A stretch of 64,000 bases of DNA, taken from NCBI GenBank assembly GCA_016840165.1, contig JAEOSU010000051.1, positions 64,001-128,000 of the forward strand, given 5' to 3'. Positions within the stretch are counted from its first letter, which is position 1, and the number at the start of each line of letters is the position of its first letter. Position numbers and translations under genes: made by a program. The notes under the pieces are model-generated. The model did not search any database and was not told the origin of the DNA. It saw nothing but the letters and a program-made list of their open reading frames with translations. Shown piece by piece: positions 50,917 to 60,778 of this stretch. This DNA comes from Promethearchaeota archaeon (GTDB taxonomy: Archaea > Asgardarchaeota > Lokiarchaeia > Sigyniarchaeales > SOKP01).

Positions 50917-50947
50917 TTATTACAATAAATTTTTGAGATAATTAATA
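50917..50947 (-). promoter_or_regulatory. Putative promoter of operon copy 2
   Basis: Matches 42087-42117 at 25/31 positions. Confidence 0.55.
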
Positions 50948-50976
50948 TCTTTTTTTCTTCTTTTTATGAAAAGATT

Positions 50977-51867
50977 TCACTTTTTCGCAGGTGATGCATA
51001 ACAATATGCACAATTATGTTTACAACGAAATATTCCTGTATATCCTCCAATATCCTTTGATTTATAACAACCACAATACTTTCTCTGACCGGTATCTCTA
51101 ACCTTTTCTATTGGTTCGCCAATTATGGTTTCAATCTTATTAGCATCAATACAATGAGCCTGTGAAATGCCTTTCATTGATAAAAGTTCTGGTTGACAAC
51201 ATGCTTTCATTTTTATTCCTCTCATACAACAAATTTCTATTAATTCGGTTAAGATTTTTTGTTTTTCTTCTGTGTTCAATTCGATTGGGATAAATCCCCT
51301 ATAATTCATTCTAGATTGTACCTTATTGTAAATCGTTGCGAAAGAGAAAATTAATTCATTTATCCCGTACTTAGAAAGGTGTTCTAAAATATACTCAAAT
51401 TTATCTAAATTATTTTTAAGCTCATCATTTCCTTTTTTTTTATAAAAAATAATTGGATCGAATCTAAAACTAAGTGCTGAGATACCAAAGGTATCAATTA
51501 GCCATTTGGATTGTTTGAAACGCTCTTCTAGAGATACTGAAATGCCTTTCTCTAATTCTGAAGGAGAATTAATGGTAAATTGGAATAAATGGCCCTTATA
51601 GGCATTAAATAGAGATTTGTTCGCTTGATAGACTTTAATCCACTCATGAAAGTTTTTACTCCACCATACCCATGCTTTTACATGTTTAGGTGATAATGTG
51701 ACTCGTGATATTTGTTTTCTATTAAATGGGTTAACAACGTCAACATAACCCGCCTTAATTTTACTGATTACCCAATCCATTAAAAAGGCAGGTATATCAG
51801 TTCTTCTAGAACATGAAATTATTTCTGATTTAATTAATTTAAGTTTATATTCTGAAATGTTTACCAT
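50977..51867 (-). CDS. DUF1848 family protein
   Basis: IISCSRRTDIPAF, V.NPFN, WSKN, RFDPI, GQR..CGC..S.DIG, CKHNCAYCYA. Confidence 0.88.
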   Translation of the reverse strand: MVNISEYKLKLIKSEIISCSRRTDIPAFLMDWVISKIKAGYVDVVNPFNRKQISRVTLSPKHVKAWVWWSKNFHEWIKVYQANKSLFNAYKGHLFQFTINSPSELEKGISVSLEERFKQSKWLIDTFGISALSFRFDPIIFYKKKGNDELKNNLDKFEYILEHLSKYGINELIFSFATIYNKVQSRMNYRGFIPIELNTEEKQKILTELIEICCMRGIKMKACCQPELLSMKGISQAHCIDANKIETIIGEPIEKVRDTGQRKYCGCYKSKDIGGYTGIFRCKHNCAYCYASPAKK

Positions 51868-51884
51868 ACCAACTCTATTAATTT

Positions 51885-53462
51885 TTAGTTTAAATATGCC
51901 AACATTGATAAAATGAATAATTCTTCGGTAATATCTTCCGAAGATTTACGCTTGAGCTCTTCCTTTAGGTGATTATAGATCATTAAATGTGGATTAAAAA
52001 ACGCAAAACCTTGATTGATATCTTCTTCTAATACTTCTCGAAAATGAGGATTTAGCCATATTTCAAATGGCCCTGAACTATGCTCGGCTTTATATTGAAT
52101 TTGAAACTCTTTTTTTAGTATGAAAATAACCTCATAGACTGTTTTACAAATCTGGAGTAATTTTTCAGAATTTTCCCTATAGAAATAATGAATTGGGACA
52201 GGTAGACGCATATGAAGAAGTAATCCCTTTCCCTTGCGAAAATTAATGTGACCATATCCGAAAATAACTTTATGAAAACCACTTTTCGTGAAAATAGAAT
52301 TGATAGTATTTATGATATCGGGTAAAAATTTAGGTTGGCTTAAGATGTCTTCAAATCCTGGAAATGCAATATGATTAGTATCATCTTCAGAAGTTTGAAC
52401 TAATATGGCAAATGAAGACCTTTCTTGCATATATTTTTGGTATTCTTCCTCGGTCAGTTTAGTCCAATAACATGCACATTCACCTATCATGGTTTTAATA
52501 AAATTACTAACAATATTCCTCCTTCCTTTAATTAAAACGGCCCAATTTACTTTAAAATCCTCGGATTGCTTCTTAGCTGGGGCTAATTTACCAAACTCTC
52601 CTGGTAATTTTATCGGTGAAGTTACAAATTCACTCACGAGGGGGAGTATCCTAGCATCTAATACTTTTTGTAATCCATTAAATGCTGAAGTTAAATCCTC
52701 ACCAAATAATATTGCCTCTTCTAAGTTTACATCTGGCTGATATAATCTGAAGTTTGCACTTAATACGATTCCATAAAAACCATTACCACCTACAATCTTT
52801 TCAAATAACGAATCATTTCTATCAATTGCGATAATCTCACCATTTGGGAGCATAACTCTCATATCAATAATCCATTCAATTGCTGCTCCTAATTTACCTG
52901 ATGTTATGCCACTAGCATTTGATGCAATTAATCCTCCAACGCGAACTGGTAATTTGAAAGAACTTGCTGGTTGAACTGGAAAAATATATCTTCCTTTTGA
53001 TTCGAAGTTCACCACCTTTATCAAATCGGATACTAAGGTGCTCTGTTCTGCATAAACCTTCTTTTGTGATAGATCAAGTATAATTTGCTCGGAATCGGAA
53101 TGCATAGCCTCAAGATCAACTAAAGCACCGAAATTTGCGAAACCTCCTGATAGACCCGTTTTTCCAGACGCAAAAGTTATCGGTATTTTAAAGCTTTGTG
53201 ATTGAATTACAAAATCTCGTAGTTGATCTTCATTTCTTGGACGAAAAATTATATAAGGTTTTAAACTCAAAAGTGATGGGTCTCTGATTGTACCTGAGCT
53301 AATATCATTATCGACTATAATTATTTTCCCAGAATTTAACAAATTTTTTTCGGTAGTAGTGAGGGATTTAGCAAATTGAAATCCTTTTTTTACCATAACA
53401 TCTATAAACGCCTGCCAAGGTAATTTTTTTTGTAACTCTTCGGAGATACTCAGCATCAACAT
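51885..53462 (-). CDS. FAD-binding oxidoreductase (VAO/GlcD/D-lactate dehydrogenase superfamily)
   Basis: SGKTGLSGG, PVQPAS, VGGLIASNASG, VMLPNGE, G.NG.YGIV, C-terminal AEH. Confidence 0.8.
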   Translation of the reverse strand: MLMLSISEELQKKLPWQAFIDVMVKKGFQFAKSLTTTEKNLLNSGKIIIVDNDISSGTIRDPSLLSLKPYIIFRPRNEDQLRDFVIQSQSFKIPITFASGKTGLSGGFANFGALVDLEAMHSDSEQIILDLSQKKVYAEQSTLVSDLIKVVNFESKGRYIFPVQPASSFKLPVRVGGLIASNASGITSGKLGAAIEWIIDMRVMLPNGEIIAIDRNDSLFEKIVGGNGFYGIVLSANFRLYQPDVNLEEAILFGEDLTSAFNGLQKVLDARILPLVSEFVTSPIKLPGEFGKLAPAKKQSEDFKVNWAVLIKGRRNIVSNFIKTMIGECACYWTKLTEEEYQKYMQERSSFAILVQTSEDDTNHIAFPGFEDILSQPKFLPDIINTINSIFTKSGFHKVIFGYGHINFRKGKGLLLHMRLPVPIHYFYRENSEKLLQICKTVYEVIFILKKEFQIQYKAEHSSGPFEIWLNPHFREVLEEDINQGFAFFNPHLMIYNHLKEELKRKSSEDITEELFILSMLAYLN

Positions 53463-53476
53463 CCCTATTTTCTTAA

Positions 53477-54346
53477 TTAAAGGTCTTTTAGGAGATTATA
53501 CATATTTTGAAGGCTTTTTTTAGATATATTCTCTTTATTTCTTAATACATGTGTTTCAAGGCAGAAATATCCTTTATAATCAAAATCAATTGCTTGTTTA
53601 AATAGTGATTCATAATCAATTTTTCCATCTCCCACCACAGTAAATATGCCCGTTATGCCTGGAATCATATATTTGGGATCTTTTACATGAATATGTTTAA
53701 CCAGATCTTTTTCATAGAAGTAACTGTAGGCTTCTGGTGTTGTTGGATCTCCTTCCATATAGTAATTACCTGGATCTAAAATCAATTTTAGTGCTTCTGA
53801 ATTAAATTCTTCAAAAAACAGTTTTGTGTTTTCTATATTAGCAACCATCAGTAAATAATCATTCTCCAGTAGCAAAGTTTTTCCTAACTCCTCAGCTCTT
53901 TTAACATGAGGCGTGAGTAACTCAATCATTTCTTGCCATTTCTCTTTTACCTTATTCTTTCTCTTTTGGAAGAAGGAAAAGATCCTAATATTGGGGGTTT
54001 CAAAAAAGTCTGAGATCTCTATGATTCGTTCAAATAATCCCAAGTTGAATTTGGGATTTCTTAATAGATTTTTCTTTTTGCTTGTAGAAAATCTTGAACT
54101 CGGAAGAACACACCTTCCAAAAGGACTAGTGATAACATTTACATGCATATTTCTTTCTTCTAAAGCTCTCTTCATCTTGAGTAATTCATTCTCATTTAAT
54201 AAGGCAATATTCTTATTCCATAAAGTTCTTACATCAATAGCTGTAATATTATATTCAGCAGCTACATCTAAGGCATGCTCAAAATCTTGGCTTATTTCAT
54301 CAGTGACAACTGAGATCTGATTTGTATGATTCATAATAAATTCCAA
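53477..54346 (-). CDS. Sugar phosphate isomerase/epimerase (xylose-isomerase-like TIM barrel)
   Basis: TDEISQD, IRIFSF, LLEN, DPGN, HIHVKD, VGDGKIDY, LETH. Confidence 0.87.
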   Translation of the reverse strand: MEFIMNHTNQISVVTDEISQDFEHALDVAAEYNITAIDVRTLWNKNIALLNENELLKMKRALEERNMHVNVITSPFGRCVLPSSRFSTSKKKNLLRNPKFNLGLFERIIEISDFFETPNIRIFSFFQKRKNKVKEKWQEMIELLTPHVKRAEELGKTLLLENDYLLMVANIENTKLFFEEFNSEALKLILDPGNYYMEGDPTTPEAYSYFYEKDLVKHIHVKDPKYMIPGITGIFTVVGDGKIDYESLFKQAIDFDYKGYFCLETHVLRNKENISKKSLQNMYNLLKDL

Positions 54347-54451
54347 CTTTTTTTAATAAATTAGGACATTAATATTTAATTATTTAATTTCATCAATCTG
54401 GGCTTATCCCAGACATTTATTATTTTATATTGATAAAAATCCTCCATTTCT

Positions 54452-56941
54452 TTAAACTTCAATTATGAAACCTGATTCGAATAAATCCCATTTATACTTT
54501 CCAATAGATCTTTCATTTATAATAATTTCAACAGGATCCTTTGGAGGGTCTCTCGCTTTAATTATCACTTTCTTCTTTCCTGGAATTAATTCTAATGAGA
54601 TTTTAACAATGTTCTCTTCAAATTGAAATTGCTTCATTAAGATTCCATCAATTCCAAATACAAATTCTCTTCTGAAATCAATAAATAAATCACCAAAATC
54701 TTTCTTGGTGTATGCAGTTGCCATAGCAGCGGTTCCAACACCCCAATCGAATGTAATTTGCCCTGGGACCCTATAATCACTTCCCGTATGACCATAATTT
54801 TCATACATAGCACCTCGATCGACACTATCTATTGTTCTTATATCTTTAATATTTCCTGGACTTATCTTTTCATATTCTTTAAGTAATTGTAGAGCCCAGC
54901 TAGCCCGTAGTGCTGCAATACCTCTTTCCATATACTCTTCATTATCGGTATGAAGATAATATTCCATATATGTTCTTACAAATAATGCTTGTCGGGCATC
55001 ACCTAATTCCACATCAGCATTTTGTACTCCAAAACCCCCAAAAGTATTGTAACTGATATAAGGCATATTCCATACTTGTTGAAATAAAGATAATACTGCT
55101 AATGCCTGCTCGCCATATTTTAAATATTCTCTTTCTTTTGTAATTTTAGCCAATTCCTTGAATCCTTCAGCACACCAATATATGCACAATGTATTCATAA
55201 CATGATTGTTTGTATAATTATCAAAAAAATCAAGAGGGAGCATAGTACAACTGAAAAAGGGTTCAAAGTCATGCCATTTATTGTTTGGAAGTATTTCATT
55301 TTGAATGAAATTACCAATTCTTTTAGCTAATGCTAATAACTCCTTATTCGGATAAACCTTATATAGTTCAGTCAGAAACATTAATACTGCTCCGGAACTA
55401 GCAGAATTTAATAAAGTATAATTTATTTCTATCTTTTCATCTTTCACCCCAATAAAGGTGGGAATAGCCCCATTTTCTTGTTCAAGTTTTTTAATAAGCT
55501 TTAATAGTTCTTTGCTCCTTTCTATAATTTTATCATTCTTTTTGAAATGCTCATACTGTTTTAAAGCCCAATATATCGTTAAGCAGGCATCAACTACGTT
55601 ATATTCATTACTATATAAACCTGCTTTTACACCATTTATGTATGAAATTATATCCGAATTTAACCCTGCAGGAAATATGATACTTGGAAAAATCCCAGAA
55701 TTTCTTGGTAAGTTTAAGGTTGTATTCAAAATACGTTCTGCCTTTTCCTTTAATCTAAATTCCTTCATTTCTTTCTCAAAATATTTTAACCCATATGCTG
55801 TTCTTATATTGAGAAACCAAGCATTATTCCAAACCTCAGCTGTCCTTGGTGAAAAAGCATGTCGTTGGGTATATTTATCAAACCATATCACTTTCTCTGG
55901 ATCGAAAATCATGTCATTTAACTGTTTATTAACTCCTACATTAGAACTGACTACCTCAGTTGAATTTCGTTCTCTATGAAGCGAAAGCTTTTCTGGGGTT
56001 ATGAAAGTTATCTCTTTTTTTTTGCTTCCTGCCCAGGATCTTTGCCAAATCCCGCCACATTCTTGATTATTTATAATAAAATTACCCCAAAATTTATGTC
56101 TATCGAAAATTGCCTTGAAACCTTCATAAACGTTAGAATTATATGGTAGGACTTGTGGCTCTAAACTCTCGTAGAGGTTTCTTCTTAAATATTTTTCCCA
56201 GAAAAACCGATTAATTGATTGGAGGATCTCAAGCCGACTATTATTTTTAAAAACAATGATATAAAATCGAAAAGTTAAATCAGTATCCTTAGGAATCTCC
56301 CAGAAATGAGTATCTTCATGTTTAAAAAAAGTATGTTCAGTAGGTACATAATTTCCGAATCCATAGAAGATTTGGGGATGATCATCTAAATCAGATTTCA
56401 TATCAAAATCCATAAAAGTTTGATATGGGCGATTATTTCTCAATGTCTTTAAATCAGGGATAAACGCTAATGCAAGATCTCCTTTCTTATAGATAATTAC
56501 TGGCGATCTGAAAACATGATCTCCAATGGCATACCCTTCTTTTGGTCGTAAGTGAGGTGCCCAAACAAAATCAGGGTTCTTATCCAAGAGAACTGCATAA
56601 TTGACACCTAATTTCGAGAATTCCAGTACTTGATTATTTGATAATTGATATCTGATATGGAGAACATTACTCTCTTCAAGACAGTAATCTAATTTTAAAA
56701 GAAAATCATTATCATTTAACTGATAATAAATTTTTTTCTTCTTGCTTTTTAGAAAGTTCAACGTTTTAGTTAAACGATTTTTACCTTTCCAATAGTTTAA
56801 CGTACTAAAACCTTTATTACTGCCAAGAATTGGGATCCACAAGTCATTATATCTAACCTCAATTACCTCAGAAGTAAAATTTTCCCATTCTTCAATTCTT
56901 ATTCGAATAAGTTCTTTTTCAAGAGTTTTTTGGCTCTTCAT
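54452..56941 (-). CDS. Large hypothetical protein, probable (alpha/alpha)6 glycosidase-like fold
   Basis: Beta-rich N-half; helical repeats in the C-half (YMERGIAALRA, ENYGH, FDWGVG). Confidence 0.55.
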   Translation of the reverse strand: MKSQKTLEKELIRIRIEEWENFTSEVIEVRYNDLWIPILGSNKGFSTLNYWKGKNRLTKTLNFLKSKKKKIYYQLNDNDFLLKLDYCLEESNVLHIRYQLSNNQVLEFSKLGVNYAVLLDKNPDFVWAPHLRPKEGYAIGDHVFRSPVIIYKKGDLALAFIPDLKTLRNNRPYQTFMDFDMKSDLDDHPQIFYGFGNYVPTEHTFFKHEDTHFWEIPKDTDLTFRFYIIVFKNNSRLEILQSINRFFWEKYLRRNLYESLEPQVLPYNSNVYEGFKAIFDRHKFWGNFIINNQECGGIWQRSWAGSKKKEITFITPEKLSLHRERNSTEVVSSNVGVNKQLNDMIFDPEKVIWFDKYTQRHAFSPRTAEVWNNAWFLNIRTAYGLKYFEKEMKEFRLKEKAERILNTTLNLPRNSGIFPSIIFPAGLNSDIISYINGVKAGLYSNEYNVVDACLTIYWALKQYEHFKKNDKIIERSKELLKLIKKLEQENGAIPTFIGVKDEKIEINYTLLNSASSGAVLMFLTELYKVYPNKELLALAKRIGNFIQNEILPNNKWHDFEPFFSCTMLPLDFFDNYTNNHVMNTLCIYWCAEGFKELAKITKEREYLKYGEQALAVLSLFQQVWNMPYISYNTFGGFGVQNADVELGDARQALFVRTYMEYYLHTDNEEYMERGIAALRASWALQLLKEYEKISPGNIKDIRTIDSVDRGAMYENYGHTGSDYRVPGQITFDWGVGTAAMATAYTKKDFGDLFIDFRREFVFGIDGILMKQFQFEENIVKISLELIPGKKKVIIKARDPPKDPVEIIINERSIGKYKWDLFESGFIIEV

Positions 56942-57036
56942 TGATCATGTTTTGTTTTCTTGCTGACTTAGATAAGATCTAAAAGAACTAAAAGATTTTT
57001 CTTTAAAATAAAAAAAGAGTAAATTAAAATAATGTA

Positions 57037-57444
57037 TTAAAATCGTTCCCACGCAGCGTGAACACCCTTTCCAGTCATTTCAATAACCGGTTTCATTTTA
57101 TCTAAAGGTGCCAACCCCGCTTCTAGAGCGATCTTCATTATTGATGCATGACTCACATATACTTTTCCATTTTCCTCATAAACCACAAAGCTACAAGGAA
57201 AGATTAACCCTACTTGTTTCGACACATCAAGAGCAGCTTTCGCATATTGTGGAGCACAAGCAAGTATTATTGTATATCTATCATAATCGATTCCTAACTT
57301 ATTTTTAAAAATTTGATCAATAGATTTCGTGAGCATATGACTGAAACCTTCTTCTACAATAATCTTTTCAACGTGCGCGACAGCATCATCAAAGCTCATA
57401 TCTAATTCTTTTTTGAGTATATTAACCATTCTATTCACCTTCAA
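57037..57444 (-). CDS. DUF302 domain protein
   Basis: MSFDDAV....GF, YTIILACAPQYA..AL, GLIFPCSFVVYE. Confidence 0.85.
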   Translation of the reverse strand: MKVNRMVNILKKELDMSFDDAVAHVEKIIVEEGFSHMLTKSIDQIFKNKLGIDYDRYTIILACAPQYAKAALDVSKQVGLIFPCSFVVYEENGKVYVSHASIMKIALEAGLAPLDKMKPVIEMTGKGVHAAWERF

Positions 57445-57455
57445 TTGGATTAAAT

Positions 57456-57800
57456 TTATTTTTCAAAATCATCTAATGCTTTCAATACATAATTTGTGAA
57501 CATTAGTGCAGGTCCACCACCTAATGTCCCAGCTACCATACTTGCTTCAATTATTTCTTCACGAGTTGCTCCAGCTTCTAATGCATATTTTACATGCCAT
57601 GCAACACAGAATTTGCATTGTTTAGCAATTGATAGTGCAATACCTATTAACTCTTTAACTTTCCGTGACAATGCTCCATCTTTCTTTATATTCCCCATAA
57701 ATTCTTGAAATCCTTTCATCGCATTAGGATATGATTTTCCTAGGGTTTGGAGTGCATGTGCTGCTTGATTAAAATATTTTTTTGCCTCATACTCATCCAT
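57456..57800 (-). CDS. Carboxymuconolactone decarboxylase/AhpD family protein
   Basis: GALSRKVKELIGIALS...CKFCVAWH...GATREEI. Confidence 0.9.
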   Translation of the reverse strand: MDEYEAKKYFNQAAHALQTLGKSYPNAMKGFQEFMGNIKKDGALSRKVKELIGIALSIAKQCKFCVAWHVKYALEAGATREEIIEASMVAGTLGGGPALMFTNYVLKALDDFEK

Positions 57801-57950
57801 AAATTATTCACCATAAATATTGAATTACTAATTTATCTATTATCTCTGAGATAATAAAAATTATCATTATGAACTAAAAATAGATATTGCTCTATGAATT
57901 TAAATTAAAAAGAAAAAAGAAAAAGGCTAATAAATTAAAAATTCATAGGC

Positions 57951-59324
57951 TCATTTTACAATGGGATAATTGGCTTTATACCATGCTTTCATGCTTCCTA
58001 AAACATTCATACTTTCAAATCCATGTTTTTTCAAAATGCTCGCCGCCATACTAGCACGAGCCCCATTTCCACAGACCGTCACTATAGGAACATTCTTAGG
58101 TATTTCCTCAATCTTATCTTGAATTTCCCCTACATAAATATTCTTAGCGTGTTCTATATAGCCTTCCTTTAGTTCTGGGGGACTTCGAACATCGATTAAG
58201 AAAATATCCTCTTTATTATCCAATTTACGCTTCAACGCATCTACTGTAATTGTTCCTATAGTTTCTGTAGGAAAATGGTTACTATACCAGGCAACAATCC
58301 CTCCAACCAAATACCCTTTAATATTATCATACCCTACCCGTAACAGATATTTGTAAACTTTCTTAAGATTTGTAAAATTTTCTACAACGAGTAATAAAGG
58401 CTTATCATAAGGCAATATCCAACCCGCATGAGAAGGTAATCCTTTTAACCAAATATTATATGACCCTTTTATATGAGCTGAACCAAAAGAAGTAGGATTT
58501 CTTGTATCTACCACGATAGCCCCTTCTTCTAATTGCTTCTTAAATTTTCCTGGGAGTAAGGGTTTAAAACGGGGTACATCCTTTAGTAAGGGAGGTCCAT
58601 TTAAATTATATTCCTCCATTTTCTTGAAATAAGGAGCATAATAATGATGTTCGCTTAATTTGAACTGTACAAAGTTGTTTTTATCCTTCAACTGTAAAGC
58701 ATGATTTTGCATTCTTTCTAATCCGATTGTACTTAACTCTCTCTCATTAATCTCAGCTCCACACACTGATCCAGCTCCATGGGCAGGAAGGATAATACAT
58801 TGGTCTCCTAACGGTATAAGTTTATTAAAAATGCTATTATAAAGATTAGTTGCATTTTTTTCTGAAAGTTGTGGTCCATACATATCAATTCTTCCTGTAT
58901 CTCCTACAAAAAGTGCATCACCCGTAAAAACCATGACTGCTTCTATCCCAGTTGACGTATCGTATACAGCATAACTAGTGCTTTCATCTGTATGACCTGG
59001 CGTATGAATAGCTTTAACTTTTAAAACTCCTAAATTAAATTCTTGACCATCTTTTAAAGTATTGCCATATTTCCAATCTAATCCTGGTCCATGATAAATC
59101 TCTACATTAGTCACATCCGCGATTTCTCTAGATCCAATCACATAATCTTCATTACGATGCGTTTCGAAAACATATTTCAAATCGGCTTCAGCGTCCCAAG
59201 CTAGTTTTAAAAAAGTTTTTGCATCCCTTCGTGGGTCAACAACACATGCTTCGTTACCTGAAGCTAAAAAGTATGAAAGAGAGGCAATTCCTTCACTTTT
59301 TATTTTCTTTAAAATCAATTTCAT
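57951..59324 (-). CDS. MBL-fold hydrolase fused to two rhodanese domains
   Basis: VVDPRRD, ETHRNEDY, HTPGHT, FTGDALFVGD.GR, PAHGAGSVCG; terminal rhodanese CGNGARA. Confidence 0.9.
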   Translation of the reverse strand: MKLILKKIKSEGIASLSYFLASGNEACVVDPRRDAKTFLKLAWDAEADLKYVFETHRNEDYVIGSREIADVTNVEIYHGPGLDWKYGNTLKDGQEFNLGVLKVKAIHTPGHTDESTSYAVYDTSTGIEAVMVFTGDALFVGDTGRIDMYGPQLSEKNATNLYNSIFNKLIPLGDQCIILPAHGAGSVCGAEINERELSTIGLERMQNHALQLKDKNNFVQFKLSEHHYYAPYFKKMEEYNLNGPPLLKDVPRFKPLLPGKFKKQLEEGAIVVDTRNPTSFGSAHIKGSYNIWLKGLPSHAGWILPYDKPLLLVVENFTNLKKVYKYLLRVGYDNIKGYLVGGIVAWYSNHFPTETIGTITVDALKRKLDNKEDIFLIDVRSPPELKEGYIEHAKNIYVGEIQDKIEEIPKNVPIVTVCGNGARASMAASILKKHGFESMNVLGSMKAWYKANYPIVK

Positions 59325-59453
59325 TCCCTAAATATTACTATTTAATCTCAAAATATATCTTAACGTCTTTTTATAATAACTTAATCCCTATAAACTAAAA
59401 ATATAAGCATTAATCGCAAATTTTAATAGTTTCGCATCCATTTAATCTATATT

Positions 59454-60473
59454 ATGCTCCCCTCAATTGAATGGAAAAATTCTAAAGTATATATGATAGA
59501 TCAAACTCTGCTTCCTTTTGAATTAAAACATTTAGAATTAGATAATTTTCGAGATGTCGCAACTTCAATTAAAGTAATGAATATTAGGGGCGCTCCTGCC
59601 ATCGGAGTTGCTGCGGCAATGGGTATGGCTTTAGCATCAATAGAATATAAAGAACTTCCTAAAGAAAAGTTTCTGGAGAAAATGGAAGAAGCTGCAAATA
59701 TCATTAAAAGCACTAGACCAACAGCTTCTAATTTATTCTGGGCTGTTAATCGGATCTGGAATATTGTAAGTACTTATCCTGACCATCCAACCATCATTTC
59801 TGATTTAGTAATCGAAGAGGCTAAATTGATGGCTCAAGAGGATATTAATGTTAATAAAAACATTGGAAAGCATGGTGCATCCTTATTAAGTAATGATGAT
59901 GTTGTATTGACTCATTGTAATGCGGGATCCTTAGCTACTGTGCAATATGGTACTGCATTAGCCCCTGTGAGGGCTGCAATCGAAGAGGGTAAGCAAATAA
60001 AGGTTATTGCCGATGAGACTCGGCCTCGGTTGCAAGGGGCAAGACTGACAGCTTATGAACTCCAGTATGATAAGATTCCTGTGAAGGTGATCTCGGATAC
60101 ATCTTCAGGTTTATTGATGTATTTAGGATTAATAAATAAAGTCATTGTTGGAACGGATAGAGTTACATCAGATGCAGTATTTAATAAAATTGGGACGTAC
60201 TTAGTAGCACTTGCAGCGAAAGAGAACAATATTCCGTTTTACGTTGCTGCTCCAACATCTACTTTATCTTTGAATGAAAATGTAAGAGATGTAACTATAG
60301 AGCAGAGAGATTCTAGGGAAGTTAGTCATGTTTTAGGGAAACTGCAGATTGTTCCAGATGGAGTGGATTGCTTAAATTATGCGTTTGATATTACTCCATT
60401 TAAACTAGTTACTGGAATCATTACTGAGGATGGAGTTTTCAATCCAAAAGAATTAATTAAAAGATATAAATAA
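59454..60473 (+). CDS. mtnA: S-methyl-5-thioribose-1-phosphate isomerase (eIF2B-alpha/MtnA family)
   Basis: DQTLLP, IRGAPAIG, RPTASNL, LTHCNAGSLAT, ETRPRLQGARLT, NKIGTY, FDITP. Confidence 0.92.
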   Translation: MLPSIEWKNSKVYMIDQTLLPFELKHLELDNFRDVATSIKVMNIRGAPAIGVAAAMGMALASIEYKELPKEKFLEKMEEAANIIKSTRPTASNLFWAVNRIWNIVSTYPDHPTIISDLVIEEAKLMAQEDINVNKNIGKHGASLLSNDDVVLTHCNAGSLATVQYGTALAPVRAAIEEGKQIKVIADETRPRLQGARLTAYELQYDKIPVKVISDTSSGLLMYLGLINKVIVGTDRVTSDAVFNKIGTYLVALAAKENNIPFYVAAPTSTLSLNENVRDVTIEQRDSREVSHVLGKLQIVPDGVDCLNYAFDITPFKLVTGIITEDGVFNPKELIKRYK

Positions 60474-60493
60474 ATTTTTGAGATGATAAGATT

Positions 60494-60778
60494 ATGTCAA
60501 TTGAATTTGCGAAGGAAAGTCACAAAAATAAAAAAAGACAGGCACTCTTTAGAGTTTTTATCTTTGCTGTTGTTGAATTCACCTGTGTGAATCTCTATTA
60601 TCTTATTTCTGGTCTGACTGGTGATTTTGATTGGACCATTGAGCGGTTAACAACTACCACTGAAGGAGTGATTATTCAAATATTAGCATTACTCGGAACT
60701 ATCTTCGGGATTCTTATATTTCTTTACATTATTATCTATATTGGTTTGTTAATAACAGGTCCCAGTAGTTCTAATTAG
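60494..60778 (+). CDS. Small 2-TM membrane protein
   Basis: Two hydrophobic segments; follows mtnA closely. Confidence 0.6.
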   Translation: MSIEFAKESHKNKKRQALFRVFIFAVVEFTCVNLYYLISGLTGDFDWTIERLTTTTEGVIIQILALLGTIFGILIFLYIIIYIGLLITGPSSSN

